Assembly (NCBI GenBank): GCA_043812655.1
Contig: JBDRLW010000023.1
Span: forward strand, 1 to 18,592
Direction: 5' to 3'
Origin: a bacterium
GTDB taxonomy: Bacteria > Margulisbacteria > WOR-1 > O2-12-FULL-45-9 > XYB2-FULL-48-7
Length of the DNA: 18,592 nt
Shown: positions 1 through 8,576 of the stretch, one piece after another
Layout of the letters: each line of letters opens with the position of its first letter
Numbering within the stretch: the stretch's first letter is position 1
Program-made: the position numbers and the translations under genes
Notes under the pieces: generated by a model
The model's database searches: none
What the model was told of the DNA's origin: nothing
The model's input: only the letters and a program-made list of their open reading frames with translations

Positions 1-2
1 CC

Positions 3-680
3 GGTTTTGCCGGGATCCCGGGCGGTATGATGGTCTATTTGCTAATCAATAAGAACGCCTCTTTCTGGAATATCGCCTTCCTGCTGCTGTTCGTGGTCGT
101 CGGTTTTTCCGTTACCACGCCGATACTTTTCCTGTTCTACACCCAGTCAAATTCTATAATAATTATCCCCCTGCTTGCCGGGTTGATCCTGTCCGGCATT
201 ATTATTCTCCTCTTTGCGCCTTTTATGCCCAGAAAAACTTTACTGGGCGCGGTCGAAAAAGAAAAATGGCTCGCTTTTAAACGCTTCCTGCAGCAGGCGG
301 ATAAGCAGGGCCAGGAAAAATTCGAGGAATATCTCCCCTACGCGGTCGCTTTTGGCATCCAGAACGATTGGCTCAAGAAGTTCGCCGCGCTGGGGCTTAC
401 CGCCCCGCTCTGGTACCATTCGACCTTCAGTGACGGCTCGGGAAATACTTTCCGCTCTTCTTCATTGGAAAGTTTTAGCGGGTTTGGCGGCGGCGGGAGC
501 GGCGGCGGCGGCGCGGGACGTTCTTTCTCCCTCGATCATATGTCATCGGGATTCAATTCCATGATGTCTGACATGTCATCTTCCCTCTCCAGTTCCCTTT
601 CCAGCAGCGGCTCGGGAAGTGGAGGCGGAGGAGGCGGCGGCGGTGGAGGAGGCGGCGGTGGTGGTGGCGGTGGCTGGTAA
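3..680 (+). CDS. DUF2207-family membrane protein, C-terminal part (5'-truncated by the window edge)
   Basis: The frame is open from position 3. Two hydrophobic helices are followed by 'KWLAFKRFL...FEEYLPYAVAFGI...W' and a Ser/Gly-rich tail ending GGGGW, typical of DUF2207. Confidence 0.8.
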   Translation, partial: GFAGIPGGMMVYLLINKNASFWNIAFLLLFVVVGFSVTTPILFLFYTQSNSIIIIPLLAGLILSGIIILLFAPFMPRKTLLGAVEKEKWLAFKRFLQQADKQGQEKFEEYLPYAVAFGIQNDWLKKFAALGLTAPLWYHSTFSDGSGNTFRSSSLESFSGFGGGGSGGGGAGRSFSLDHMSSGFNSMMSDMSSSLSSSLSSSGSGSGGGGGGGGGGGGGGGGGGW

Positions 681-684
681 CTTT

Positions 685-693
685 TGTTATAAT
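685..693 (+). promoter_or_regulatory. Extended -10 promoter (TGtTATAAT) for the mntA-hepT pair; probably leaderless
   Basis: TG-n-TATAAT ends 8 nt before the ATG at 702; no Shine-Dalgarno (SD) sequence in between. Confidence 0.7.
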
Positions 694-701
694 GGATTCA
701 C

Positions 702-1091
702 ATGGACAAACATTTAAACGACTCTTTAAAAGCGTTATTTAAAGAAAAGAATTGGGTTGACCTGGCTTTTCTTTTTGGCTCGCAATCAAAAGGGAAAGGC
801 GGCGCTGAATCAGATTTTGATGTCGCCATCTGGCCAGCTGAAAAAACGGAAGAAAAAAACATTGATAAATTATGGCTGGAACTGGAAAAAACGCTGAAAA
901 AACCGGTTGACCTGGTGAATTTGCCTTCTGCTTCTCCTCTGGTCGCTTGGAAAGCTTTTCAAGGGATTCCGTTATTGGTAAAAGACCGGCGCTTTTATTT
1001 AAACAAAATGCTTGAAATATCTTCGGAAGCCGAAGATTTGAATAATTTTATTACCGATGTCTGGCACGCCAGGGAGGCGAAGGGAAAATGA
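702..1091 (+). CDS. mntA: MNT-family minimal nucleotidyltransferase, MntA-type antitoxin
   Basis: GS-X10-DXD motif (FGSQSKGKGGAESDFDVA), a VDLV strand, 129 aa; ATGA overlap with a HEPN gene. Confidence 0.88.
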   Translation: MDKHLNDSLKALFKEKNWVDLAFLFGSQSKGKGGAESDFDVAIWPAEKTEEKNIDKLWLELEKTLKKPVDLVNLPSASPLVAWKAFQGIPLLVKDRRFYLNKMLEISSEAEDLNNFITDVWHAREAKGK

Positions 1092-1519
1092 TCTTTAGCG
1101 AATCTGAAAAAGGAAGTGTTTTTTCCCGTTTAAGCTTTTTAGAATCGGAAATAAAGGATCTGGACGAATACCGAAATATCAGCTGGGAAACCTATCGCCA
1201 GGAAAAAACTGCCCGAAAAACAGTTGAGCGGACAATTGAAAACATTGTTAACGCGCTAATCGATATCAGTAAAATTATTTTATCTGATAAATCAGCCGGC
1301 GATATTCCGCAGACTTACGGAGCGGTTATCTTAAAACTTGCCGAGCTTAAGATTATTGATTTTCCTTTAGCTGAAAAATTAGCGGAATATGTGAAACTGC
1401 GAAATTTCCTCTCCCATCAATATCTTGATCTTCGCTGGGATAAGATTAAAGGGTTTTTAAGCGGCGCCCCTGAACATTTTCAGCATTTTATTCAGCAGAT
1501 TAATAATAGTATCCAGTAA
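1088..1519 (+). CDS. hepT: HEPN/DUF86 ribonuclease, HepT-type toxin
   Basis: R-X4-H-X-Y motif (LRNFLSHQY); 'VER..E.IV..LIDI' and 'PQTY' segments; coupled to the MNT gene. Confidence 0.88.
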   Translation: MIFSESEKGSVFSRLSFLESEIKDLDEYRNISWETYRQEKTARKTVERTIENIVNALIDISKIILSDKSAGDIPQTYGAVILKLAELKIIDFPLAEKLAEYVKLRNFLSHQYLDLRWDKIKGFLSGAPEHFQHFIQQINNSIQ

Positions 1520-1647
1520 TCCCGGTAACTCAGCGAATTATCATCTTCAAGCTGTCTTTCTTCTGTATTCTGAATTGACATTAAGGGCTATTATCAGGCC
1601 ATCGGGGTTATCAGTTGAAGAGTTTGTGCGGGTTTTTAAGGTCAAAA

Positions 1648-2538
1648 TTACTTTTCTTGGCGGCATTGATGATTCTTATACCAAGCTTCTGATTCACCCA
1701 TACTTGTTATTGTCGCATGCTCTGATTCAATCGTAAAAATGAAAGGTCTGCCGTCATTCGCAGTAGGGATAGTATAATTCCTGATGCCTGCGGCATGAAG
1801 ACTTTCACGGAATTCCTGGTATGCTTGAGGCGTATAGCCGCTCGAGTGTAAATCTCTTAACAAATAAAGAACATAATCTTTCTGAGATTGATTTGAACAA
1901 GATGGCGGTTTATCGATAAAGATAACTTTTGGGGAAGAATCAGCTAATTTTTGTGCCTTATCATTATTGAACAATAGCGTTGGAATCATTAATTCCTGCC
2001 AGGCTTCATGTGTTAGACCGGCAAAACGAGAGCGTGAAGCAGATTCTAAACGAGACAGGGTTTCCGGGGAGAGATCCATAAATACTAGACTCAATCTTGT
2101 TTTTGCTCTTTTTGATAACTGCTCATCGTTGATTGTTGAAGAAAGCGCATCCGATATTGTCATCTTGACAATATCAAATCCTCCTGGACGCCTAGATAAA
2201 AACTCAAAAAAACCAGCCACCTTTTGATAATCTTTTTCGGTTGGCTGAGGTTTATTTGAAACAGCAAAATAACCCAAAGCGCTTTTAACCGAATCCTCAT
2301 TGCTTTTAATTAGAAGGAATGTTTTGTCAGGATCTGATTTAGCCATCTCAATTAGAATATTTACTAGATCGGATTGATTTGTTCTTTGAGCTACCTTTTG
2401 AAATTTGGCAGGAGTTAGCAAAAGCATTTCTTTCGCAGATAATTTCCCGTTTTTATTGGCATCGGCCAAATACAAATCTTGATATTCAGTGTAATAAAAA
2501 CCACCGGGTTTAGGTATGGCAATTGCGTAATCGCTCAT
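1648..2538 (-). CDS. Orphan hypothetical protein (296 aa) with one canonical EF-hand-like loop
   Basis: Long AT-rich ORF with no family recognised; residues 26-37 (DANKNGKLSAKE) fit the EF-hand loop pattern. Confidence 0.7.
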   Translation of the reverse strand: MSDYAIAIPKPGGFYYTEYQDLYLADANKNGKLSAKEMLLLTPAKFQKVAQRTNQSDLVNILIEMAKSDPDKTFLLIKSNEDSVKSALGYFAVSNKPQPTEKDYQKVAGFFEFLSRRPGGFDIVKMTISDALSSTINDEQLSKRAKTRLSLVFMDLSPETLSRLESASRSRFAGLTHEAWQELMIPTLLFNNDKAQKLADSSPKVIFIDKPPSCSNQSQKDYVLYLLRDLHSSGYTPQAYQEFRESLHAAGIRNYTIPTANDGRPFIFTIESEHATITSMGESEAWYKNHQCRQEK

Positions 2539-2545
2539 GTAATAT

Positions 2546-2572
2546 TTATCGGATTAAAATGGGTAAAACTTG
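2546..2572 (-). promoter_or_regulatory. Putative sigma28/FliA-like promoter
   Basis: Minus strand reads CAAGTTTT-N11-TCCGATAA (FliA consensus TAAAGTTT-N11-GCCGATAA), 7 nt before the ATG at 2538. Confidence 0.55.
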
Positions 2573-2632
2573 CGTTTTTAACTTGTCTGATCGGCAATTT
2601 CCGTTAGTTATCTCTAAACACTAACGTCATGA

Positions 2633-3607
2633 TTATGTCGCCAGCATATTAGCTAACTTATAAGCCGCCAGGTCGATTTTCTTTTTCTTGCGCGAAACTT
2701 CTTCAACCGGTGTTTCAATGATCTTATCGGAAACCATCCCGACCATTAACGCCCCTTTTCCTTCGATCAATAGCTGAACAGCTTTGGCTCCTAATTTACA
2801 GGCAACCTCACGGGAAAGCGCGCTTGGCGCCCCACCCCGCTGCATATGGCCAAGAATACTAACTCTAACATCCAAGCTGGTCCGCTTCTTCAAGTGCCCG
2901 GCCACTTCATCTGCTTTAGCCGCGCCTTCAGCCACAACAATGATAAAACTTGACTTCCCCCGTTGTTGGCCATAACGGAGCTTTTGGCCGATCGCGTCCA
3001 GGTTATAAGAAACTTCAGGGATCAGGATCGCTTCGGCTCCGCAAGTTAAACCGACATCAAGCGCAATAAAACCGTTATGCCGCCCCATTACTTCGATCAC
3101 AAAGACCCGTTCGTGAGATGTCGCCGTATCGCGGATCTTATCGATCGCTTCCACCGCCGTATTGACCGCGGTATCAAAACCGATAGAGTAATCGGTGCCG
3201 TAAATATCATTATCGATCGAGGCCGGGATGTTGATGATCTTAATCCCAAATTCTTTGTAGAGCACCTGAGAAGCAGCCAGGGAGCCGTCGCCGCCAATGA
3301 CCACTAATCCCTCAATGTTGTACGCATGCAAATTGTCGACCGCTTTTTTTCGGGTCGCTTTCTGCTTGAATTCGGGGCAGCGGTGCGTATGCAGGACCGT
3401 CCCGCCATGGTTAATGATCCCGCCAACCGAAGCAAGCTCCATATTGATGATCTTTCCTTCGGTCAACCCCTGCCAGCCGCGTTCGATCCCGTAAACCTTG
3501 AGACCGTGAAAGATCGCCGTCCGGACCACCGCCCTGATCGCCGTGTTCATTCCCGGCGCGTCCCCGCCCGGGGTAATTACTCCTATCGTCTTGATTTTTT
3601 TACTCAT
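2633..3607 (-). CDS. pfkA: ATP-dependent 6-phosphofructokinase
   Basis: GGDAPGMN, GGDGS, SIDND and EVMGR motifs. Likely start is MSKKIKTIGV at 3607 (324 aa), not the ORF-track start at 4015. Confidence 0.96.
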   Translation of the reverse strand: MSKKIKTIGVITPGGDAPGMNTAIRAVVRTAIFHGLKVYGIERGWQGLTEGKIINMELASVGGIINHGGTVLHTHRCPEFKQKATRKKAVDNLHAYNIEGLVVIGGDGSLAASQVLYKEFGIKIINIPASIDNDIYGTDYSIGFDTAVNTAVEAIDKIRDTATSHERVFVIEVMGRHNGFIALDVGLTCGAEAILIPEVSYNLDAIGQKLRYGQQRGKSSFIIVVAEGAAKADEVAGHLKKRTSLDVRVSILGHMQRGGAPSALSREVACKLGAKAVQLLIEGKGALMVGMVSDKIIETPVEEVSRKKKKIDLAAYKLANMLAT

Positions 3608-3620
3608 AATAGGTATAGTA
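3591..3620. promoter_or_regulatory. Bidirectional promoter with overlapping -10 boxes for pfkA and leuA
   Basis: Plus strand: TTGATT (3591-3596), 17 nt, TATAGT (3614-3619), 7 nt, ATG. Minus strand: TACTAT (3620-3615), 7 nt, ATG. Confidence 0.65.
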
Positions 3621-3626
3621 TACATC

Positions 3627-5150
3627 ATGTCAAGGAAAATTAAAATATTTGATACCACTCTCCGCGATGGCGAGCAATGCCCCGGTGCGTCGCTTAATCC
3701 AGAAGAAAAGCTGGAGATCGCTCGACAGCTGGCGAAACTGAACGTTGACGCGATCGAAGCCGGTTTTGCCATCGCCTCTCCCGGTGATTTTGAATCGGTC
3801 AAAGCGATTGCCCAACAGATTAAAGGGCCGATCATCTGCAGTCTTGCCCGCGCCAAAAAAGAAGATATCCAGCGCGCTTGGGACGCTGTCAAATATTCTG
3901 ATAAGCCCAGGATCCACACTTTTATCGGTACTTCGCCTATCCACATGGAAAAGAAGCTCCGAATGACTCCCGACCAAGTTCTAAAGACCGCGGTCGAGAT
4001 GGTTAGATTTGCCAAATCTCTCTGCCCTGATGTGGAGTTCTCACCCGAAGATGCCGGCAGGTCCGAACCGGATTTTCTCTATAAAATTATTGGTGCGGTG
4101 ATCGACGCCGGCGCCGGTACAATCAACGTCCCTGACACAGTCGGCTATACCACTCCGTGGGAATTCGGACAATTGATCGAAAATATCATCAAGAACGTTC
4201 CGCAAGTTAAAAAGAATAACATTACTATTTCCGTCCACTGCCATAATGACCTGGGATTGGCAACTGCAAATTCTTTGGCGGCCGTGAAAGCTGGGGCGAC
4301 TCAAGTGGAATGCACGATCAACGGGATCGGCGAGCGGGCCGGTAATGCTTCGCTCGAAGAAATTGTCATGACCCTCAAGACCCGCCATGACTTTTTTGAT
4401 ACCCAAGTCAGCATCAATACGACCGAAATTTACAAGACCAGCCGGATGGTCAGCAACCTGACCGGACTCCTGGTCCAGCCGAACAAAGCCGTGGTTGGCG
4501 CCAACGCTTTTGCCCATGAAGCCGGCATCCATCAAGCCGGTGTTCTTAGAGCCAGAGAAACTTATGAGATCATGAAACCGGAAGATATTGGGCTAATTGC
4601 CAACCGTCTGGTGCTCGGTAAACATTCCGGCCGCAATGCCTTTGAGAACAAACTCAAAGATATGGGTTATGTCTTGAGCGAAGAACAGCTGGAAAAGGCT
4701 TTTGCCACCTTTAAGAATATGGCTGACCAGAAAAAAGAGATCAGCGACCCCGACCTGGAAACCATTGTGGCTGAAGAAGTTTACGTTGTACCAGAAACCT
4801 ATACACTGGAAAGCCTTGAAGTTAGCTCCGGCACCAACCAAAAACCGGTCGCTAAAGTTAAGCTTCTTTATAAAGGTAATTCTAAAGAAATAACCGGATC
4901 AGGCGTTGGCCAAGTTGATTCGGTCTACCGGGCGATCGACAAGATCACAGGCATCAAAACCAACTTGGTCGATTACATAATCCAGGCAATTACCGGCGGC
5001 ACCGATGCCCAGGGAGAAGTAACTGTCCGTCTTAGTGAAGGGGATAAGATCTATGTTGGGCACGGAACATCAATGGATATTATTATCGCCAGCGCCAAAG
5101 CTTACCTGTCGGCTATTAACCGCCTACTCTTCGACCGCAATGCAGGTTAA
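3627..5150 (+). CDS. leuA: 2-isopropylmalate synthase
   Basis: FDTTLRDGEQ, HCHNDLG, GIGERAGN and HEAGIHQ motifs plus a C-terminal regulatory domain. Start MSRKIKIFD at 3627 (507 aa). Confidence 0.96.
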   Translation: MSRKIKIFDTTLRDGEQCPGASLNPEEKLEIARQLAKLNVDAIEAGFAIASPGDFESVKAIAQQIKGPIICSLARAKKEDIQRAWDAVKYSDKPRIHTFIGTSPIHMEKKLRMTPDQVLKTAVEMVRFAKSLCPDVEFSPEDAGRSEPDFLYKIIGAVIDAGAGTINVPDTVGYTTPWEFGQLIENIIKNVPQVKKNNITISVHCHNDLGLATANSLAAVKAGATQVECTINGIGERAGNASLEEIVMTLKTRHDFFDTQVSINTTEIYKTSRMVSNLTGLLVQPNKAVVGANAFAHEAGIHQAGVLRARETYEIMKPEDIGLIANRLVLGKHSGRNAFENKLKDMGYVLSEEQLEKAFATFKNMADQKKEISDPDLETIVAEEVYVVPETYTLESLEVSSGTNQKPVAKVKLLYKGNSKEITGSGVGQVDSVYRAIDKITGIKTNLVDYIIQAITGGTDAQGEVTVRLSEGDKIYVGHGTSMDIIIASAKAYLSAINRLLFDRNAG

Positions 5151-5357
5151 AGTCCGCGCTACCATTCCGGTCGCTTGAATTTTCCTAACAATTGTATCGC
5201 TTAAGGTCTTTAGATCGGCGACTTTAGTAAAAACGATCGCGTCATAGGGGCCGGTAACTAGGTGGAGGGTCTCCACTCCCTCAAGTCCCTTGATTTTCCC
5301 AGCTAGTTCAACCGCTTTTCCTGGCAACGCTTCGATTAATATATACGCTTTTGTCAT
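5124..5357 (-). CDS. Stand-alone Lrp/AsnC ligand-binding-domain protein
   Basis: 77 aa 'MTKAYILI...LVTGPYDAIV...RTLTCIA' with no HTH; SD AGGAGGA 6 nt before the ATG at 5357. Confidence 0.85.
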   Translation of the reverse strand: MTKAYILIEALPGKAVELAGKIKGLEGVETLHLVTGPYDAIVFTKVADLKTLSDTIVRKIQATGMVARTLTCIAVEE

Positions 5358-5377
5358 TTCGGATCCTCCTAAAGCGC

Positions 5378-5422
5378 AGTATAACAAAACCGTTTGAAGT
5401 CGGCAAGAGCGGATGTTATAAT
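5378..5422. promoter_or_regulatory. Overlapping divergent sigma70-type promoters
   Basis: Plus strand: TTGAAG (5394-5399), 17 nt, TATAAT (5417-5422, TGn-extended), 8 nt, ATG at 5431. Minus strand: TTGCCG (5406-5401), 17 nt, TATACT (5383-5378, TGn-extended). Confidence 0.7.
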
Positions 5423-5430
5423 AATTTCAT

Positions 5431-6054
5431 ATGTGGCAAAAATTTTGGACCTATTTTTTGAGCGGTTTTATTACCTTGCTTCCACTCCTGGTTACTCTTT
5501 GGCTCCTCACCTTGGTCATCTCTTTTGCTGATGGCTTGCTTGGTGGTTTTATCAGCTTCCTGTTTGGCCAATATGTGCCAGGATTTGGGTTAATCCTATT
5601 AATTGTTTTAATATTTGCCGCTGGTTATCTGGCTACCCATATTTTGGGCTCAAAATTGATCCAGTATGGCGAAGGGGTACTATACAGGATACCGATCGTC
5701 AAAGGGGTCTATTCAGCCGCCAAACAGGTTAACGATGTCTTGTTTAACCATAAAGACGCGGAACAATATCGCAAAGCCTGCCTGATCGAATATCCAAGAA
5801 AAGGGCTCTGGGCTGTCGGGTTCGTTACCTCTGACGCTGCCGAGGAGATCGAAGTTAAGGCTAAAGAAAAAATGATCAATGTCTTTGTCGCTAACACTCC
5901 TACTCCTGCCACTGGTTTTCTTGTTCTTGTGCCGGCTAGAGAAGTAATTCTCCTTGATATGAAGATCGATGACGCTTTTAAATACGTAATTTCCGGCGGC
6001 GTCCTCAAACCTGCCGATATTGTCCAAGAAGTAGCGATCAAAAAAGAGCAGTAA
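5431..6054 (+). CDS. DUF502-family membrane protein
   Basis: Two N-terminal transmembrane helices; 'RIPIVKGVYSAAKQ', 'IEYPRKGLWAVGFVT', 'PTPATGFL', 'AFKYVISGG'. Confidence 0.9.
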   Translation: MWQKFWTYFLSGFITLLPLLVTLWLLTLVISFADGLLGGFISFLFGQYVPGFGLILLIVLIFAAGYLATHILGSKLIQYGEGVLYRIPIVKGVYSAAKQVNDVLFNHKDAEQYRKACLIEYPRKGLWAVGFVTSDAAEEIEVKAKEKMINVFVANTPTPATGFLVLVPAREVILLDMKIDDAFKYVISGGVLKPADIVQEVAIKKEQ

Positions 6055-6709
6055 GCGCGCGAGTTAAACTGGCCTTTAATTCGTCAAAAGTAATTTCCCG
6101 CCCCAACATTTTTTCCAGACTAATGGCTTTGACCCCTATTGTCGGTTCTTTTAATAATTCATAAACCTCTGTCGGAGTTTCCCTGACAAAGATCGAACCT
6201 TGTTGGAGAAGCGTTCGTTTCCCCCTTTTTTGCGCGCTCCCAACCAGCTTTTTACCTTCCGCTACGATCTCGTATTCCGCTGGGTAGGAAAAGCATAATG
6301 CCGAATGACGAATGCCGAATGACGAATTGTGGATTTCCGCCTGGGCCCCGATATCTTTTAAGGCTAAAACTATCGCTTCTGATATTTTCTTATATGAAGA
6401 GATCAATCCTTTAGGAAGTTGCGGATTATCAAGCGCGGTGATGATCGAATATGTTACTTCCGCTTCATTATGGAAAACGATTCCGCCGCCGGTCGGTCTT
6501 TTAACAATATCCCACCCCTGCGCCTGTGCCCTCACCTCTTCCAATTCATCACCTACATTCTGCGAGTAGCCCAGAGAAATACATTTTGGCTCCCAGGAAT
6601 AGATCCGTAGTGTTGAAGTATTGCCCCCGCCCTCATAAGCATTAAAAAGCTCCAGGTCCCGGCGCATATGGTACTTGCCCGGTCTTTTTTCTTCGATAAT
6701 TATTTCCAT
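6038..6709 (-). CDS. Lipoate-protein ligase / LipM-like octanoyltransferase (BPL/LPL catalytic domain only)
   Basis: LRIYSW, SLGYSQ, VKRPTGGGIVFH, CF, GKKLVGSAQ and LQQGSI motifs. Confidence 0.88.
   Translation of the reverse strand: MEIIIEEKRPGKYHMRRDLELFNAYEGGGNTSTLRIYSWEPKCISLGYSQNVGDELEEVRAQAQGWDIVKRPTGGGIVFHNEAEVTYSIITALDNPQLPKGLISSYKKISEAIVLALKDIGAQAEIHNSSFGIRHSALCFSYPAEYEIVAEGKKLVGSAQKRGKRTLLQQGSIFVRETPTEVYELLKEPTIGVKAISLEKMLGREITFDELKASLTRALTALF
6297..6327. repeat. Heptamer tandem repeat (AATGCCG AATGACG)x2 inside the lipoate ligase gene
   Basis: Exact 14-nt duplication plus AAT; encodes the NSSFGIRHSAL segment. Confidence 0.75.
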
Positions 6710-6710
6710 G

Positions 6711-7106
6711 CTAATCCGGCAGCGGCCTGACGTTCTTTACCACCCAGTATTTGATCTGCCGGTTGCCGAATTTGATCGCCTCTTTCCTCGTCGGGAACCA
6801 AATATCGATCCGATTTTTAAAGCGTTTGGCATGGCGGTCTTCAACCACAAATATTTTTTCGCCAAAGCCTTTGATCTTTAGCCTTGTCCAAAACGGCAAA
6901 TGATTCGCCGCCACCGTCCCCCATTTTGGCCTCGTTCCGCTAGCCGTTGAGAATGGGTCATTATCTGTCTGCTTCTTTTCTGAAGAATAGGCTGTTGCCC
7001 GGCAATAACCAACTTTGATCACTTTATAGGTTTGCGCAAAAGTAGCAAAAGAAAGCAATGAAACTACGAATATTATTAATAGCCACTGACTATTGTTATT
7101 TCGCAT
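6711..7106 (-). CDS. Exported 3D-domain (cell-wall lytic transglycosylase-like) protein
   Basis: N-terminal signal/TM segment; 'ATAYSS...TASG...GTVAAN.LPF.T...VVEDR...RIDIWF'. Confidence 0.8.
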   Translation of the reverse strand: MRNNNSQWLLIIFVVSLLSFATFAQTYKVIKVGYCRATAYSSEKKQTDNDPFSTASGTRPKWGTVAANHLPFWTRLKIKGFGEKIFVVEDRHAKRFKNRIDIWFPTRKEAIKFGNRQIKYWVVKNVRPLPD

Positions 7107-8559
7107 ACCAATTCAGGTCTGGTTCTTTTACCGCCTTGGTCTCGTCAAGCCTAAGCACCGGAGTATTATGGGGTGCCGATTTGACTATTTCAGTGTTCGT
7201 TTCGCATTCCTTGGCGATCTTGATCATCACCTCGCAAAACTCATCCATTGTCGCCTTTGACTCTGATTCGGTTGGCTCGATCATCAACGCTTCCTCTACA
7301 ATAAGCGGAAAATAAATTGTCGGCGGATGAAAACCATAATCAATTAAACGCTTGGCAATATCAAGGGCTTTAACGCCGTATTTTTCTTTCTGCCATTTAG
7401 CGGAAAGGACAAATTCATGCTGGCAAGTCCGGTCATACGGCAAGTAATAATAACACTTTAATTTTTCCATCATATAGTTGGCATTCTCAACTGCTTGGGT
7501 GGACGCCTTCTTTAAGCCTTCGGCTCCAAGTGAACGGATATAAGAATAAGCTTTGATAATTACGTTAACATTACCGTGGAAGGAGTGGACGCGGCCGATG
7601 GACTTAGGGAATGGCGTAACGTGTAATGCGTAATGCGAATCTTCTTTGACCACGCGCGGAACCGGGAGAAAAGGTTCTAATTTTTTGTTCACACCGACCG
7701 GCCCGGAACCGGGACCACCGCCGCCATGAGGCGTAGAAAATGTTTTGTGCAGGTTAAAATGGGCAACATCAAAACCAAGATCAGCCGGTCGGCAAATCCC
7801 CATATTAGCATTGGCATTCGCGCCATCATAATAAAGCAATCCGCCAGCTTTGTGGATTATATCAGCAACTTCCAGAATATGTTCATCAAACAGTCCAAGC
7901 GTGTTGGGATTAGTAAGCATTAACCCGGCCGTATCGTCTCCGACAGCCTTTTTTACCGCGTCAACATCAATATTTCCCCGACCGTTTGATTTAATCACGA
8001 TCGTCTCAAACCCGACCAGCGCTGCTGAAGCGGGATTAGTCCCGTGCGAAGAATCAGGAATAATTATTTTATTCCTACTCCCTACCCCCTTACCCCTATG
8101 GTATTCTTTCATCATCATCAGCGCCGTCAACTCACCATGGGCACCAGCCGCTGGTTGCAGCGTAAACGCGTCGTAACCAAAGATCGAACAAAGATATTTC
8201 TCGAAATTGCATAAGAGCTCTAAGATCCCTTGCGTCTCTTTTTCTTCTTGCTCGGGGTGGATCGTATTAAACCCTTCAAGCCTAGCGATGTCTTCATTGA
8301 CTTTAGGGTTATATTTCATCGTGCACGAGCCAAGCGGATAAAACTGGGTATCAACCGAAAAATTCTTTTGTGATAAGCGGGTAAAATGCCTGACAACATC
8401 AAGCTCGGAAAGTTCGGGAAGATTTAATTCTGCCCTGATCAATTCTTCGGGAATTAATTTATTTAACGGTTGATCAGGAACATCCAGTCCCGGCAGGGAA
8501 TAAGCGTTTGATCCGGACGTGTTTTTTTCAAAAATTAACGGTTCATTCCCGTTACCCAT
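7096..8559 (-). CDS. gcvPB: Glycine dehydrogenase (decarboxylating) subunit 2
   Basis: PLGSCTMKYNP, QPAAGAHGE, HGTNPAS, PLP-lysine motif HFNLHKTFSTPHGGGGPG, IEPTESE. Confidence 0.96.
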   Translation of the reverse strand: MGNGNEPLIFEKNTSGSNAYSLPGLDVPDQPLNKLIPEELIRAELNLPELSELDVVRHFTRLSQKNFSVDTQFYPLGSCTMKYNPKVNEDIARLEGFNTIHPEQEEKETQGILELLCNFEKYLCSIFGYDAFTLQPAAGAHGELTALMMMKEYHRGKGVGSRNKIIIPDSSHGTNPASAALVGFETIVIKSNGRGNIDVDAVKKAVGDDTAGLMLTNPNTLGLFDEHILEVADIIHKAGGLLYYDGANANANMGICRPADLGFDVAHFNLHKTFSTPHGGGGPGSGPVGVNKKLEPFLPVPRVVKEDSHYALHVTPFPKSIGRVHSFHGNVNVIIKAYSYIRSLGAEGLKKASTQAVENANYMMEKLKCYYYLPYDRTCQHEFVLSAKWQKEKYGVKALDIAKRLIDYGFHPPTIYFPLIVEEALMIEPTESESKATMDEFCEVMIKIAKECETNTEIVKSAPHNTPVLRLDETKAVKEPDLNWYAK

Positions 8560-8576
8560 TACGCTATTCCCGCTAC

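Noticed and set aside
1520..1700. Short alternative-frame ORFs at the 3' end of the EF-hand orphan (possible frameshifted tail)
   Set aside because: Under 40 codons with no motif; cannot be distinguished from chance without homologues.
2602..2626. Inverted repeat CGTTAGT...ACTAACG after pfkA as a terminator
   Set aside because: Weak 7-bp stem, 11-nt loop and no U-tract.
3543..3626. Hydrophobic N-terminal extension of LeuA
   Set aside because: It is antisense to pfkA; the family N-terminus begins at 3627.
3608..4015. 136-codon N-terminal extension of PfkA in the ORF track
   Set aside because: It is antisense to conserved leuA; PfkA homology starts at MSKKIK (3607), where a -10 box also sits.
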